From Octopus sinensis (lineage: Eukaryota): 64,000 bases of DNA. A model generated the notes under the pieces. It was given only the letters and a program-made list of their open reading frames with translations. It was not told the origin of the DNA and made no database searches. Positions 51,581 through 64,000 of the stretch are shown here, in pieces. The position numbers and the translations under genes were made by a program. The stretch spans positions 12,090,001 through 12,154,000 of the forward strand of contig NC_042997.1 of NCBI RefSeq assembly GCF_006345805.1, in the 5' to 3' direction. Every line of letters starts with the position of its first letter. Position 1 is the stretch's first letter.

Positions 51581-52527
51581 AAAGTCATATATAAACTCTT
51601 GGGGAAACTGCAGAAACTTTATGGCATTATGTCTTTCAGTTCAAAAATTACCATTCTCAGAGAGAGAATATTTAACAGTCTTAAAAACGACCAACACTGG
51701 ATATTCAGTATATTTTCCAAAGGTTCATAACCCATATAGAAGACCTTCCAATTCCTGGAGCTTCTAAAGGTGTAGCTACAGAAGCATTTAGCTGCTTTGT
51801 GTGTGTTGTTTTGTCCTTTACCTTTTGTGCGTTTGCTTTAGTTTATTCTTTTATATACGGGTTATTCCACGCCCTCCTCAGACTGTCGTTGTTTACCAGA
51901 TTTACATGGTTATTTAAATTAATGTGATAAATAATAGATTTAGAATTGCATGGAATAATCACAACAGTTGAAAAGCTTTTCGTCATGTGACTACCCAGTG
52001 TTGACACAAGAGATAAAGTAACAACAAGAAACAAAAAATACAACAAAAACAACTACTACAAAAGCAGCATCAAATCCAATATCGAGTCTCTACGTGAAGG
52101 AAATCCTGTAGATTGTTAACCTGTTATAAATAACAGTTATATCTCTCTCAAGTATTAAGAAAAGAAGGTATACTGAATAATGTATACTGAATTGCTATGG
52201 CGGTCGAAACGCTTTTGATCATAGACCTACTCAATCATTGTTTATACGGGAGGTAAAGAACAAGAAAAATTAAAGTCAAGGTTGTGGTTATAAAAAGAAA
52301 GTCTAATATGAACTGATAATATGTGAAAGAGAGAGAAAGGCAAGGGGGACATAGAATACATGTAACCATAAGTACCAATTAGCAAGAGATATAAAATATT
52401 GAAATCTTATTCACGTCTTCTCTCAGGTTAAAGTTTTGTTTTTGACTGTAACAAATGCTTCCACCAATCATTCATAAAAGTATAAGCATGTATATAAGCA
52501 CGTAACCATGGGCTTTGTTTAAATTTA

Positions 52528-52604
52528 CCTCTTCTTCTTCTTCTTCTTCTTCTTCTTTCTCTTGTCCTCCTCCTCCTCCTCCTCCTCCTCCTATTTCTTC
52601 TACT

Positions 52605-52636
<32 letters not shown>

Positions 52637-53015
52637 TTCTCTTCTCTCTCTCTCACTCTCTCCTCCTTCTTTCTCTTGTCCTCCTCCTCCTCCTCAACCT
52701 CCTTCTTCTTCTTCTTCTTCTTTTTCTTCTCTCTCTCTCTCACTCTCTCCTCCTTCTTTCTCTTGTCCTCCTCCTCCTCAACCTCCTTCTTCTTCTTCTT
52801 CTTCTTTTTCTTCTCTCTCTCTCCCACTCCCTCCTCCTTCTTTCTCTTGTCCTCCTCCTCCTCCTCCTCCTACTTCTTTTTCTTCTTTCTCTCTCTCTCT
52901 CTCACTCTCTCCTCCTTCTTTCTCTTGCCCTCCTCATCCTCCTCCTCCTCCTTCTTCTTCTTTTTCTTCTCTCTCTCTCTCTCTCTCTCACTATTTCTTT
53001 CCCTCCCTCTCTCTA
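52528..53015. repeat. Polypyrimidine minisatellite (~80-bp units built from CCT/TTC/CT microsatellites)
   Basis: cactc(t/c)ctcctccttctttctcttg recurs at ~52654, 52741, 52824 and 52902. Confidence 0.9.
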
Positions 53016-53129
53016 TGTATACAGGAATTGGCCAAAAGTCACCTGACAGTAAATCAAAACCATTTAATTTCATGATATGATTTATGTTTTAACAACTGAA
53101 TGAATTTCTGTAGGGTGACTTATCGCGAA

Positions 53130-53400
53130 CCCTTTCTTATCTCGTTATTGTCAGCTCTCGCCTGACTCGAAACTCATTACGTCTTCATCTGAATGTTTCC
53201 ACAAATAAAGAGGGTTTTTTTTTTCTACGGTCGGAGCTTTTTCCTCACGAATTATCAGATTTTGGAACTCTCTTCTATGTCATTGTTTTCCCCCTTCTTT
53301 TGACCTCCTGAACGCTTTCAAGTCTAAAGTAAATTCATTGCCGTCATCTAAATTATTCGTTTTTTCATAGTTTCCTACACTAAGTGGCTTTTCGCCTTGT
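53130..53400 (+). mobile_element. CR1/Jockey-group LINE 3' end remnant
   Basis: RSFF.RIIRFWNSL...FKSKVN-like decayed translation. Confidence 0.5.
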
Positions 53401-53429
53401 TTGGGATTTCCTAAGATGGAGAGAATAAC

Positions 53430-53640
53430 CACATTAGCTCATTCTCTCCCTCAAATCGACGTTGCCTGAATAGATAGATGCACGGTGTGTCATGCGTCAG
53501 GTGTCGAAGTGGTCACAGAGCAACGCGAGCTGAAGTGATTTGCTGAAGAAAACAACGCACCACCGAGTCGAGGAATTGAAATCACGATCGCTAGGTCGCG
53601 AGTGCAAAACCCTGCTCACTAGACCATGCGCCCTCACACA
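53430..53640 (-). mobile_element. Decayed tRNA/CORE SINE
   Basis: Head and CORE-like block on the minus strand. Confidence 0.6.
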
Positions 53641-53914
53641 CACACACACACACACACACAAACATACACACACAAACACATACACAAACATAAACACACA
53701 CGCACACATACACAAACATAAACACACACGCACACACACAAACACATAAACACACACACACATACACACGAATGTGTGTTTGGTTTTGATGGTCGGTATA
53801 AAGAGTACCAGAGTAGAGATAAATATTTTAATTTTGATAGGGTCAGTCCCATTCGTATGTGTTTATGTGTATGTACGTGTACGCATGTGCGTTTGAGTGT
53901 GCATGCTTAATTAT

Positions 53915-54175
53915 ATTGTTACTGTACAGGTTTACACAGGAGAATCTGTCACGCATACAGCAACTGCTTTGGAAGGAGCTCTTAGCCGGCACTACTGCTT
54001 TTCCCTTCCGTCGAGTACGCTTTTCTTTGGTGGCGAGTTCACGCATTTCTTCTACTCACTTAGTCCCCTTTCGCAATATTTGTCTCCGATGTGGACGATC
54101 ATTTGCAACATCCTCCAATCTCAGGACAAGAGACCTCATATCCCTCTTACGTTGACATTGACAGTAAAATGATTC
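53915..54175 (-). mobile_element. RTE-clade LINE C-terminal remnant
   Basis: KRDMRSL...EDVANDRPHRRQILRKG...EKRTRRK...CCMRDRFSCVNLYS resembles the RTE C-terminus. Confidence 0.65.
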
Positions 54176-54254
54176 TGCATCCTGACAAGCAAGTGAATAA
54201 TGTATACCTTATATGTATTATACAAAGTATAGCGAATTTCTCCCGCCATTCTAC

Positions 54255-54695
54255 AAAAGTAAGTATTTTCTACTCTAGGCACTAGACCCAAAATTTTGGG
54301 GGAAGAGGCCAGTTGATGAGATCGATTCAAATATGCAACTGGTACAATTAAGTATCGACCCCGAAGGATGAAAGGCAAAATCAACCTCGACAGAATTTGA
54401 ACTCAGTACGTAAAGACAGACGACATACCGCTTAGCATTTCGCCCGGAGTGCTAACGTTTCTGCCAGTTCGCCGCCTTCCTCAGTGTGATAAGGCTGGCC
54501 CTTTCAAATACAGGTACAACAGGGACAGGAAGAAAGAGTGAGAAAAAAGTTGTGCTGAAAGAATACATCATCCCTTACCTACCGTAGCCACGTGGAACTT
54601 GTTGGGTGTTTTCCCCCCAATAAACTCTCACAACGGCCGGTCTGGGAATCGAAAGCGCGAATCCGCAGCCCTAACCACAGTGCCACTACGCCTCC
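54255..54695 (-). mobile_element. Family A SINE (54255-54480) and family B SINE fragment (54482-54695)
   Basis: Sequence matches. Confidence 0.7.
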
Positions 54696-54915
54696 AGCAA
54701 CCCCTCCTCGTATAGCGGTCCACCTATTGCGGTTTATTATTTTAGCTTACGTTGATTCCCCCGTGGTGTTGTTTTCCATTCATAATAAAATAAATATATA
54801 CAAATTATAAAAATAATGAAAATATATATATAGTACAGTGCTGTTTCTACTTCGCAGATTTTCATCTATCGTGTGGGGTCGTTGGAACGTAGCACCCGCG
54901 TTAGTCCAAGGATTG

Positions 54916-54957
<42 letters not shown>

Positions 54958-55005
54958 GTACATATATATATATATATATACGTACGCATATATGTGTTTA
55001 CTCCA

Positions 55006-55068
<63 letters not shown>

Positions 55069-55171
55069 GGAGTAAACACATAAATGTGAAACAAGGTGGA
55101 AAAAAGAGTACTCAAATACCAGTGGTAGAGTAATATGCTTTATTCAAAGCAGCAGAAAATTCAACAAAACC

Positions 55172-55207
55172 TGTTACTCTGAGTTTCCCGTTGCCGTTCG
55201 TCGGACA
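55172..55207 (-). ncRNA. Minimal type I hammerhead-like motif (variant core)
   Basis: UGU-CCGACGA-A-CG(GCAA)CG-G-GAAA-CUC(A)GAG-UA-ACA; GUA site, near-palindromic stem III. Confidence 0.5.
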
Positions 55208-55424
55208 ATTTTGTCATATACACTCATAAAATACTCTGCACCCAAGTCTATATTCTTACGCACATACATTGATATGTATATGATTATATATATATGATCA
55301 TATATATATATATATGATGTATATATGTGTGTATCCAATGTATGTATATGGTATATAGCACATAGATATATATGTACATGCATAAATATACACACATACA
55401 TATATATACACTTACATATATTCA

Positions 55425-55680
55425 CATAGGTGGAAGTAGATGTTTTTTCAAAACGGAACTAGACATCCTCATCTCTACAATGCCGGATGAACCAACAGTC
55501 CGACGTGAGGTGCTGACAAGCGAATTGGAATCAAACTCCCTTCTACACCAAATGGGCCAACAGCTGGGACAGATCCACATACAGGAGTGGTGATTTGAAT
55601 CACTCCAGACTGAGGAAATCAGAAAGACCACGGTGGTGCTCCAGCTTGACTGCATCCACATGGTTGAAACGAGTAAAATA
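55425..55680 (+). mobile_element. CR1 3' end fragment, diverged relative of 59446-62277
   Basis: FKTELDILISTMPDEPT...SNSLLHQ versus FKMKLDLFLSGVPDEPT...SNSLMHQ; tail cggtggtgctccagc. Confidence 0.75.
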
Positions 55681-55729
55681 GTATATAATATATTATATTG
55701 CATATATATGAGTGTGTGCGCGCATGTGT

Positions 55730-56120
<391 letters not shown>

Positions 56121-57045
56121 GTATCTTATTATCAGATGGTATTTTATTGTCTTTACCTTCTACTTGCTATAAACTTCTGCTTGTTTGGCGACAATACACC
56201 AGCTATTGTATCTACGTGTATGTAGCAATACAGTAAATGCTTATTACGCTTCGTACAGGTCCCTTATATATTGTTAATTTCCCCCTTTTTACATTCTTTC
56301 TTTGTTTTGTTTTTATTTTGTTTTTTTCGATTTTTTTTTGTGTGCTTATTCTTTTTTTTTTTTTCATTTCTATGCTCCATCTGTTTTCTTTCATTGTCAT
56401 TGCTGCTGTTGCTATCATTATATTGCCTACCTGTCTTTATACATATTTTGCTTTGTACTTCAGTGTATTTTTAATTTCAGTTCTCGTTTCTGAGCTTGCG
56501 GTGATGGTAATAACTAAGGGAATAGAGTGTGAGCGTGTTTTCGTGGCTACAATTGCTAGTACGTGATATCACTTTTTCAATGCAATTATGCATTTTCTTT
56601 TATTTCTTATTATCGTAATTTTTTTTTTTTTTTGCAATATATATTGGAAATATAGCATCATTATTTTTATTATCATTTTCATTTTATTTATTTCTTTTAC
56701 TTTTCATTTTTTTCTTTTTTTCTTCTTTTTTTTTTGCTACTCGCCCCATGTAGTATATTTTCACCATAATCGCGGCTAATGATAATGACAATGCAATACT
56801 ATGGGGAAACTATAGTAACAACCTCAACAACAGGAAACAAAAACATGATTAGTTTAAGGCCACATACCAGCCCAAACACACACACACACTCACACACACA
56901 CTCACACACACACACACACACACACAAATAAACAAACAAACAAACACGTACACACACACACATACAAACTCACACTCAAACATAGAAGCTTGTATTCAGA
57001 TATTTGGTCTCTTTCCAATCTGCACGTTTTTATTTAACTGTATAC

Positions 57046-57193
<148 letters not shown>

Positions 57194-57435
57194 TATATAT
57201 GCATGCATGAATATGAATATATGTATATAACCATAAACAAATACGTCTACATATCTCGTATTCATAGATATTGTATTCACATACAGTAATAATGAGATTG
57301 GACACAAATTTATGAGCATATTAATGAATGAAGATGAACACTCATAAAATACTCTGCACCCAAGTCTATATTCTTACGCACATACATTGATATGTATATG
57401 ATTATATATATATGATTATATATATATATTTACAT

Positions 57436-57479
<44 letters not shown>

Positions 57480-58593
57480 TATATATATTATATATATATA
57501 TATGTATATACTTACATATATGTATACATATACAAGTACACACACGCATATTCATTTGTATTTCTATATATGCTTGTGCATAATCATTTATATGTTTCTA
57601 TGTATTGCCCTTGTGTATGCGTGTATGTAAAATGGAAATGAAATAATTATAAGATCGGCCAAATTTCTACTTCACTAATAATATAAAGAAATGCAGTTAC
57701 TTTTCTCATCATTAAGTTTTGCAGAATGTATAGAAAAATCTACAGTATCATGTTGTTATGTCCTTTGCATCTTGCATTTTTTTTTATATAGTTTCGTTTT
57801 ATTTCCGTTTTTCGTCAAATAACCAATGGGTAACAGGTAAAAAAGCATAAATACTAACATTGATTTCAATATTGTATATTGTTGGTGATGTAGGGTTCAG
57901 TCCAGCCATTTTGCCGATAGATATGACGTAATCGATAGTTCTATTGACTGTGTCGCGTAATTATGTGGTGCTTACTTTAGATAAAGCCTTCATGCTAGTC
58001 GCCAGAATAGGAGAAGAAATGTACCAAGAAACGAAATAACAAAAGACTACATTAAACTATGATTGTTAAGATATCAAAGTATACATTTATATATGTAGCA
58101 ATATTGTGTTGCCGATAAAGTAAGCAATTTATAAAAGAAAAAAAAATAATAAAAGGAATGTATTTGTGTAGGGCGTGGGGTAACAATGACGATAACGAAG
58201 ATAACGAAGAAGGCGAAGGCTGCGAAAATTATGTTGGGAAAGAGAGAGATAAAAAGAAGTGGAAGACGGAATCAAACTAGAAAATGCACAGAGGGAAGAT
58301 GTTCAGAGGAAGCACATTCGTGTGGCATGGCTGAAAAGAGCAAAATGAACACAAAGAAATGTTTGATTACTCCGAATACAATTATCAGATCTGTATAGAA
58401 ATTCATCAGTATATACCTTTCCGTCTACGTATCAATCAGCCTACACACACGCGCGCACACGCACATACACACATGCATACACATAGGTACGCACGCATGT
58501 GTACACACACACATATATATATATATTATATATATATATATTTATATATACGTATACATACATACATACATATATATATATTATATATATATA

Positions 58594-58631
<38 letters not shown>

Positions 58632-58844
58632 TATATATATTATATATATATATATGTATATATTTATATATACGTATACATTCATACATACATATATATA
58701 TATATGTATGTATATGCATATGCATGTATGTGGCTCGCATATATCCACCCTAATATGACATCTACATCAAGTAATATCTACCCTGATTTGACTTCTACGT
58801 TATATAATATTTGCACGAATGATTTCTGATACACAACTCCATAC

Positions 58845-58911
58845 CTGGGCCCACTGAATCGTTACATTCAGTTTGAAGGCACACCATAGCTTCCCACTTT
58901 TGCAGCATCCC
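58845..58911 (-). other. Candidate 67-nt exon
   Basis: Minus-strand acceptor gctctcgcttaacctatctcttcAG, donor CAG|GTATGG; upstream donor ACG|GTAAGC at 59061 would define a 150-nt intron. Confidence 0.3.
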
Positions 58912-59395
58912 CTGAAGAGATAGGTTAAGCGAGAGCACGAAAGTTAATCTTGCATGCAGCTGAGACGAATTTATTAAATAATATAAATGCGTGTGGGGGG
59001 GTTTATGTGTGTCTGCACGCACTTGTGTGCTTACCCTTTTATTTGCGCTACCAACCTGCTTACCGTTTCTTCAAGATTCCTCCCGTTTTTTCTCATTGAT
59101 CGTGCATGACCCATATATTAAAACGCTTGCTGGATCATACATCATCCCTTGTTTCACGCGTGTGGCTATTCTTAGACCATGCCGTATTTCTCAAGTAATT
59201 GCTGTCGCTGAAATCTCAACATCATACTGCTATATCGGTAACCTTCCTCGACCAATTGCAGGCTAACGTCCAGTAGTAAACATTGACTCTTCAATCGAAC
59301 CTCCGCTGAGACCCCAATGGCCGAAGACTAGCCACACGCTTGAAACTCAGAGTACCAAGAAGTCTGAGTCAAATTGCCTTGATATGTACTAATGT

Positions 59396-59447
<52 letters not shown>

Positions 59448-59449
59448 CT

Positions 59450-59983
59450 ATGTACATCCGTGAGGAACTCACACCCCAGGTCCTCTTGTCATACTCAAAC
59501 TCGGTGTGTGACACACTAATTGTACATATTAGGCAACTTGATGTAGTTGTGTGTGCTACATATCGCCCTCCAGATGCCCCAAGCCATGTGGGCAAGTTTG
59601 AAGACTACCTTATAAAAATAGAAGAAATTCTAACCACATTAGAACAACACATAGGTGTGCTTCTTATGGGAGACTTCAATCTGCCCAATGTCAGATGGCC
59701 CGAGGGCCTTTCTCTCCCAGGAATGACAAGATGTGAACGAGGACAGGCGAGGTCCCTCCTGAACCTCATCAACACCCTGTACATGGAGCAGGTAATACTC
59801 CAACCAACCAGGGCAGGTAACACACTGGATCTCTGCTTCACAAATGACATGGATCTCATCCATAATGTGAAAGTGACACCGACACTACTCTCGGATTACA
59901 ACATGATAGAGCTGACCATGTACGGGCCAAAAAGAGCACGGACATGCAGCCTACAAGAAACCCTCAAAATCTTTCCAGCTTGA
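59450..59983 (+). pseudogene. CR1 ORF2 AP endonuclease (C-terminal part)
   Basis: Provided ORF with APE motifs. Confidence 0.9.
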
Positions 59984-61437
59984 ACTACCATAAGGCAAAC
60001 TGGAAACAAATTGAGAAAGAGATCCTCAAACAAAACTGGCCTAAATGTCTCTCCTCGCCAGACATCGACGTGAAACTTCAACAATTCATGTCTGTAATGC
60101 AAGCCATATGCTACAAATGTGTCCCAGAGAGAAAGGCCACTGTACACAAGAACAAAATCCCCAGAGAGAGGAAAATTTTAATGAGACGGCGTACGAAATT
60201 TTCAAATCGCCTAAACAAACAGATTGAAAGCAGTGAAAAGTCCCGCCTAAAAATAAAACTGTTGGAAATCGAAAAATGTCTGCAACTCTCCCATGAAAAA
60301 GAAAGAGCAGACTGGGCTATAGAAAACATAAAATCTAACCCCAGAGCTTTCTACAGGTATGCCAAAGAAACAGCTACAGTGCACTGTAGAATAGGGCCAC
60401 TCCTCGAAAATGATGGCACACTTACAGGAAAACCAATGAGGGTAAGTGAAATACTGAATGAGCAATTCAAGAGTGTTTTCACTCCACCCCTTGGGCATCT
60501 CCAAATCACCAATCCAACTGACTTTTTTACCACTGCAGATATAAAATCAGAGGCGGCGACGATAGATTACATCGATATAAAGGAAGACGATGTAACCAAG
60601 GCTATAGATGAAATGAAAACAGACTCAGCTACTGGCCCCGATGGATTCCCGGCAATCCTCCTAAAAGCATGTAAGAGAGTCCTAGCAAGACCACTGCAGT
60701 TCCTCTTTCAGAGCTTCCTTGCAGCTGGCAAACTTCCAGGAAAACTGAAGGAAGGTAAAATATGCCCCATTCATAAAGGAGGTAGCAGAGCGGAAGCCAA
60801 GAACTATAGACCTATCTCTCTGACCTCACACATCAGCAAGGTCATGGAACGAATAGTCAGAAGGAAGCTGATCACCTTCCTTGAAGAGAATGACTTGCTG
60901 CCCGAAACCCAACATGGTTTCCGACCAGGGAGAAGCTGTTTAACTCAGCTCCTACAACACTATGACTGGGTACTGAAACGGCTGCTCAACCACTCAAATG
61001 TGGAAGTGATATATCTCGACTTTGCAAAGGCCTTTGATAAAGTCGATCATGGAATGATATGTCACAAACTGCGTGATCTCAACATAGTTGGAAAACTGGG
61101 AGAATGGCTTCATGACTTTCTGAAGGATAGAAGTCAGGTGGTAGTAGCCAATGGGGCCACCTCCATTAACACACAAATAGTGAGCGGTGTTCCGCAGGGC
61201 ACTGTTCTGGGACCACTACTGTTCATAATGGCCCTCTCAGACATGCCCTCAGCCACGCAGAGAGCCACGATCACAAGTTATGCAGATGATACAAAAGTTT
61301 CACAGGCAATACAGAACCCTGAGGACACTAAACACCTGCAATGTGAGCTGGACGAAATATACAAGTGGGCTGAAAAGAATAGCATGCAGTTCAATGCTGG
61401 AAAGTTTCAAGTTTATACTATCAGCATACAAAACTGA
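59944..61437 (+). pseudogene. CR1 ORF2 reverse transcriptase
   Basis: Provided 497-aa ORF with RT motifs through YADD. Confidence 0.95.
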
Positions 61438-61496
61438 ATGCAATACCCAATGAATACACTGGACCCGGAGGGATTGCAATCCCAGAGGCACAATCA

Positions 61497-62189
61497 GTGC
61501 GTGACCTGGGTATTCACATGAGTGATGACGCGACCTTTCATGTACATGTTGCTAAACTGACAATGAAATGTAGACGGCTGGCTGGCTGGATTCTTAGAAC
61601 CTTTAGAACAAGAGAACAAAAAACCATGATGGTCCTCTGGAAGACACTTATCCTAAGCCACTTTGACTATTGCTCTCAGCTATGGTCACCATCCAGTGTC
61701 AAGTTGATCACAGAACTTGAGGCGATCCAACGAAGCTACACAAAGAAGATAGCCTCTATGCAGAATGTAAGCTACTGGGAAAGACTCAAGAGATTAAAAT
61801 TATATTCTCTGGAGCGTAGGCGGGAAAGATATGCCATAATATACATCTGGAAGATCCTGGAGGGAAGTGTCCTGAACTTTGGCATCGAGAGTTACGCAAA
61901 TGCCAGAACTGGGCGCCACTGCGTGGTGCCTAGGACTCCAAACCTGCCATCAAGATGTAGGACAAGATTCTGTGATAGCCTGGGCTTCCGAGGCCCACAG
62001 CTCTTCAATATCCTCCCGAAGAACCTGAGAGACCTGCATGAGGTGGATACAGATGTCTTTAAAATGAAGCTGGATCTCTTCCTGTCAGGTGTCCCAGATG
62101 AACCAACTTCACGGCAGGAGGGGCAGATGAGGGCAGCTGCATCGAACTCTCTCATGCACCAAATAGCAGTTGCTAGAAAGCCTCCATGA
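61497..62189 (+). pseudogene. CR1 ORF2 C-terminal region
   Basis: RDLG, DYCSQLWSP, LEAIQR, LKLYSLERRRERY. Confidence 0.92.
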
Positions 62190-62378
62190 AGTGAAACCAA
62201 GTAGCAACACCAAATGGCGGTGCCCCAGCATGGCCACAGCTCATAAGCTGAAACTAGAATCAATCAATCAATCAATCATAACATTCAATAAGAAATCCAA
62301 TATATAGATATAACTACAAGTGATTGTTAGCGATTTTTTCCTTCCGTCTTCCTTTCTCTTGGACTTTCCTCTGTCTCC

Positions 62379-62415
62379 TGTTTCTGAAGAAGCGTTTTGC
62401 TCGAAACATAAAACA
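62379..62415 (+). ncRNA. Minimal type I hammerhead-like motif in a pLTR-like repeat (~62320-62520)
   Basis: UGUUU-CUGAAGA-AGC(GUUUU)GCUC-GAAA-CAUA-AAACA; perfect 5-bp stem I; G10.1 missing and CGUA decayed to CAUA. Confidence 0.55.
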
Positions 62416-62549
62416 CTCTTTCTGTCCTTCCCTGAGTGTCTTTTAATGCTTTGCATGTATCACGTGCTCGGGCTGTTGTTTTTTTCATTTTGTTTTTCCT
62501 TCGTTCGTTTTTTTTGTGATTAATTATATATGTGTGTATGTGTGCGTGC

Positions 62550-62596
<47 letters not shown>

Positions 62597-62666
62597 CACA
62601 TATACATATATATATATATATATTATATATATATATATATATACATATATACATATATATATATGC

Positions 62667-62787
<121 letters not shown>

Positions 62788-63105
62788 TATATATATATAT
62801 ATAATATATATATATATAATATATATATACACACATATGTACATATATATATACACACATATGTACATATATACATGTATGTATGTATCCTTGTCTGTGT
62901 CTGTGCTTCAGTTGTTAGTTACCCGTCATACGACGATGAACACGCCAGTGTCACATGTACTTTTAGCATAATTCTCAGGCGAAATCAGCTTGGTGAAGAC
63001 CGCACTGAGATTGCCATTTAAATTACATGTACAATCCAGCCGGTGGGCAACTGTAAATACTGGTGTATATATACGCACATACATATACATACGTATGTTC
63101 GTGTG

Positions 63106-63275
<170 letters not shown>

Positions 63276-64000
63276 TATATTGCATAATAAAACAGACTTA
63301 AGTATATCTATTTCTTTTGCTTATTTCTCCTCCATCTCTCTCTCCCACTCTTTATTTTTTTTCTCTTATTTGTCTCTGTGGAGGAGTGAATAGCTGTGTA
63401 GTAAATCTATGTGAGTAATTCTATGTGAATAATAATTTCATTGATTAGTTGTAATTATTTATTTTAATTATGATAGCAAATTAGTATTTCTAGCATCCAC
63501 TGTCAGATTTTGCCAATGGATATTATCTATGACCAGCAGCTGCAAGGTCAAGTTTTCTCTTTCTATTATCAAATGAAGTAAAGAAGTTCAACTGTCTTTG
63601 AATCTATGATAATACTTGTTTCTTTTGCAAAGACACAGAACAGATTGCATGCCAAATAGTTTATTACAATAAAAATAGCAGCTCATTAACTGACAACTTG
63701 TTTCAAATATTCATCTTTAATCATTTCTTAAAACTAAATATGTATGAGGCAATATATTTTTCACTAGCAAAATAAACTAATGAATTCTTGGTATAACTGT
63801 ATGTATATCTATACTGAATAACATAAATAGAAGCTTTAGATTATGATTTGCAATTAAACTAACTATATCGTTAGTCTTTGTTTAGATTTCTCAGACAAAA
63901 CATTTTATTCTGCATTACCTCACTTCTTTTAACACAATTGGAATACGTTCCTGGTCATCTGTAATTTTTCTTATGTTACTATTTTGATTTTTATGTGCTT

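Larger units (their letters stand above)
59446..62277 (+). mobile_element. Young 5'-truncated CR1-clade LINE (ORF2 partial APE plus RT) with (AATC)n tail
   Basis: APE YRPP, MGDFNLP, PTRAGNTLDL; RT NYRPISLTS, YLDFAKAFDKVDH, SGVPQGTVLGPLLF, SYADDTK; two frameshifts (~59940, ~61410) and no other stops; starts at a (TA)n tract; tail aatcaatcaatc 62258-62277. Confidence 0.95.

Noticed and set aside
52515-53080. Ser/Pro-rich and Lys/Glu-rich ORFs
   Set aside because: Translation of a polypyrimidine minisatellite.
54070-54135. C2H2-like peptide CLRCGRSFATSSNLRT on the plus strand
   Set aside because: Lacks both histidines, and the minus strand reads as a coherent RTE C-terminus, so it is an antisense coincidence.

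Overview
Eukaryotic, AT-rich, microsatellite-dense, non-genic or intronic DNA almost entirely built from retroelements. The repeat repertoire (tRNA/CORE SINEs, Dong/R4, Tx1, CR1, RTE, Penelope-like elements, (TA)n/(CA)n/(AAT)n tracts) points to an octopus/coleoid cephalopod genome (inference). No host protein-coding gene can be named. Most listed ORFs are microsatellite or antisense artefacts, and only a few short splice-site-flanked candidate exons and a possible promoter at ~47.9 kb are visible. Main elements: (i) a 4.3-kb Penelope-like element (24813-29156; RT plus Cys-linker GIY-YIG) with ~430-bp inverted termini carrying a core-intact type I hammerhead ribozyme; (ii) five further hammerhead-like motifs in what appear to be different pLTR-like repeats; (iii) a young 5'-truncated CR1 LINE (59446-62277) whose 3' tail is shared with two SINE families in the window; (iv) a ten-copy SINE array with a trimeric higher-order structure (48748-50512); (v) a near-identical 1272-bp tandem duplication bounded by (TA)n; (vi) a piggyBac-type MITE, a 199-bp foldback element, and mariner, Tx1, Dong/R4 and RTE remnants. 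Boundaries of degenerate repeats are approximate.
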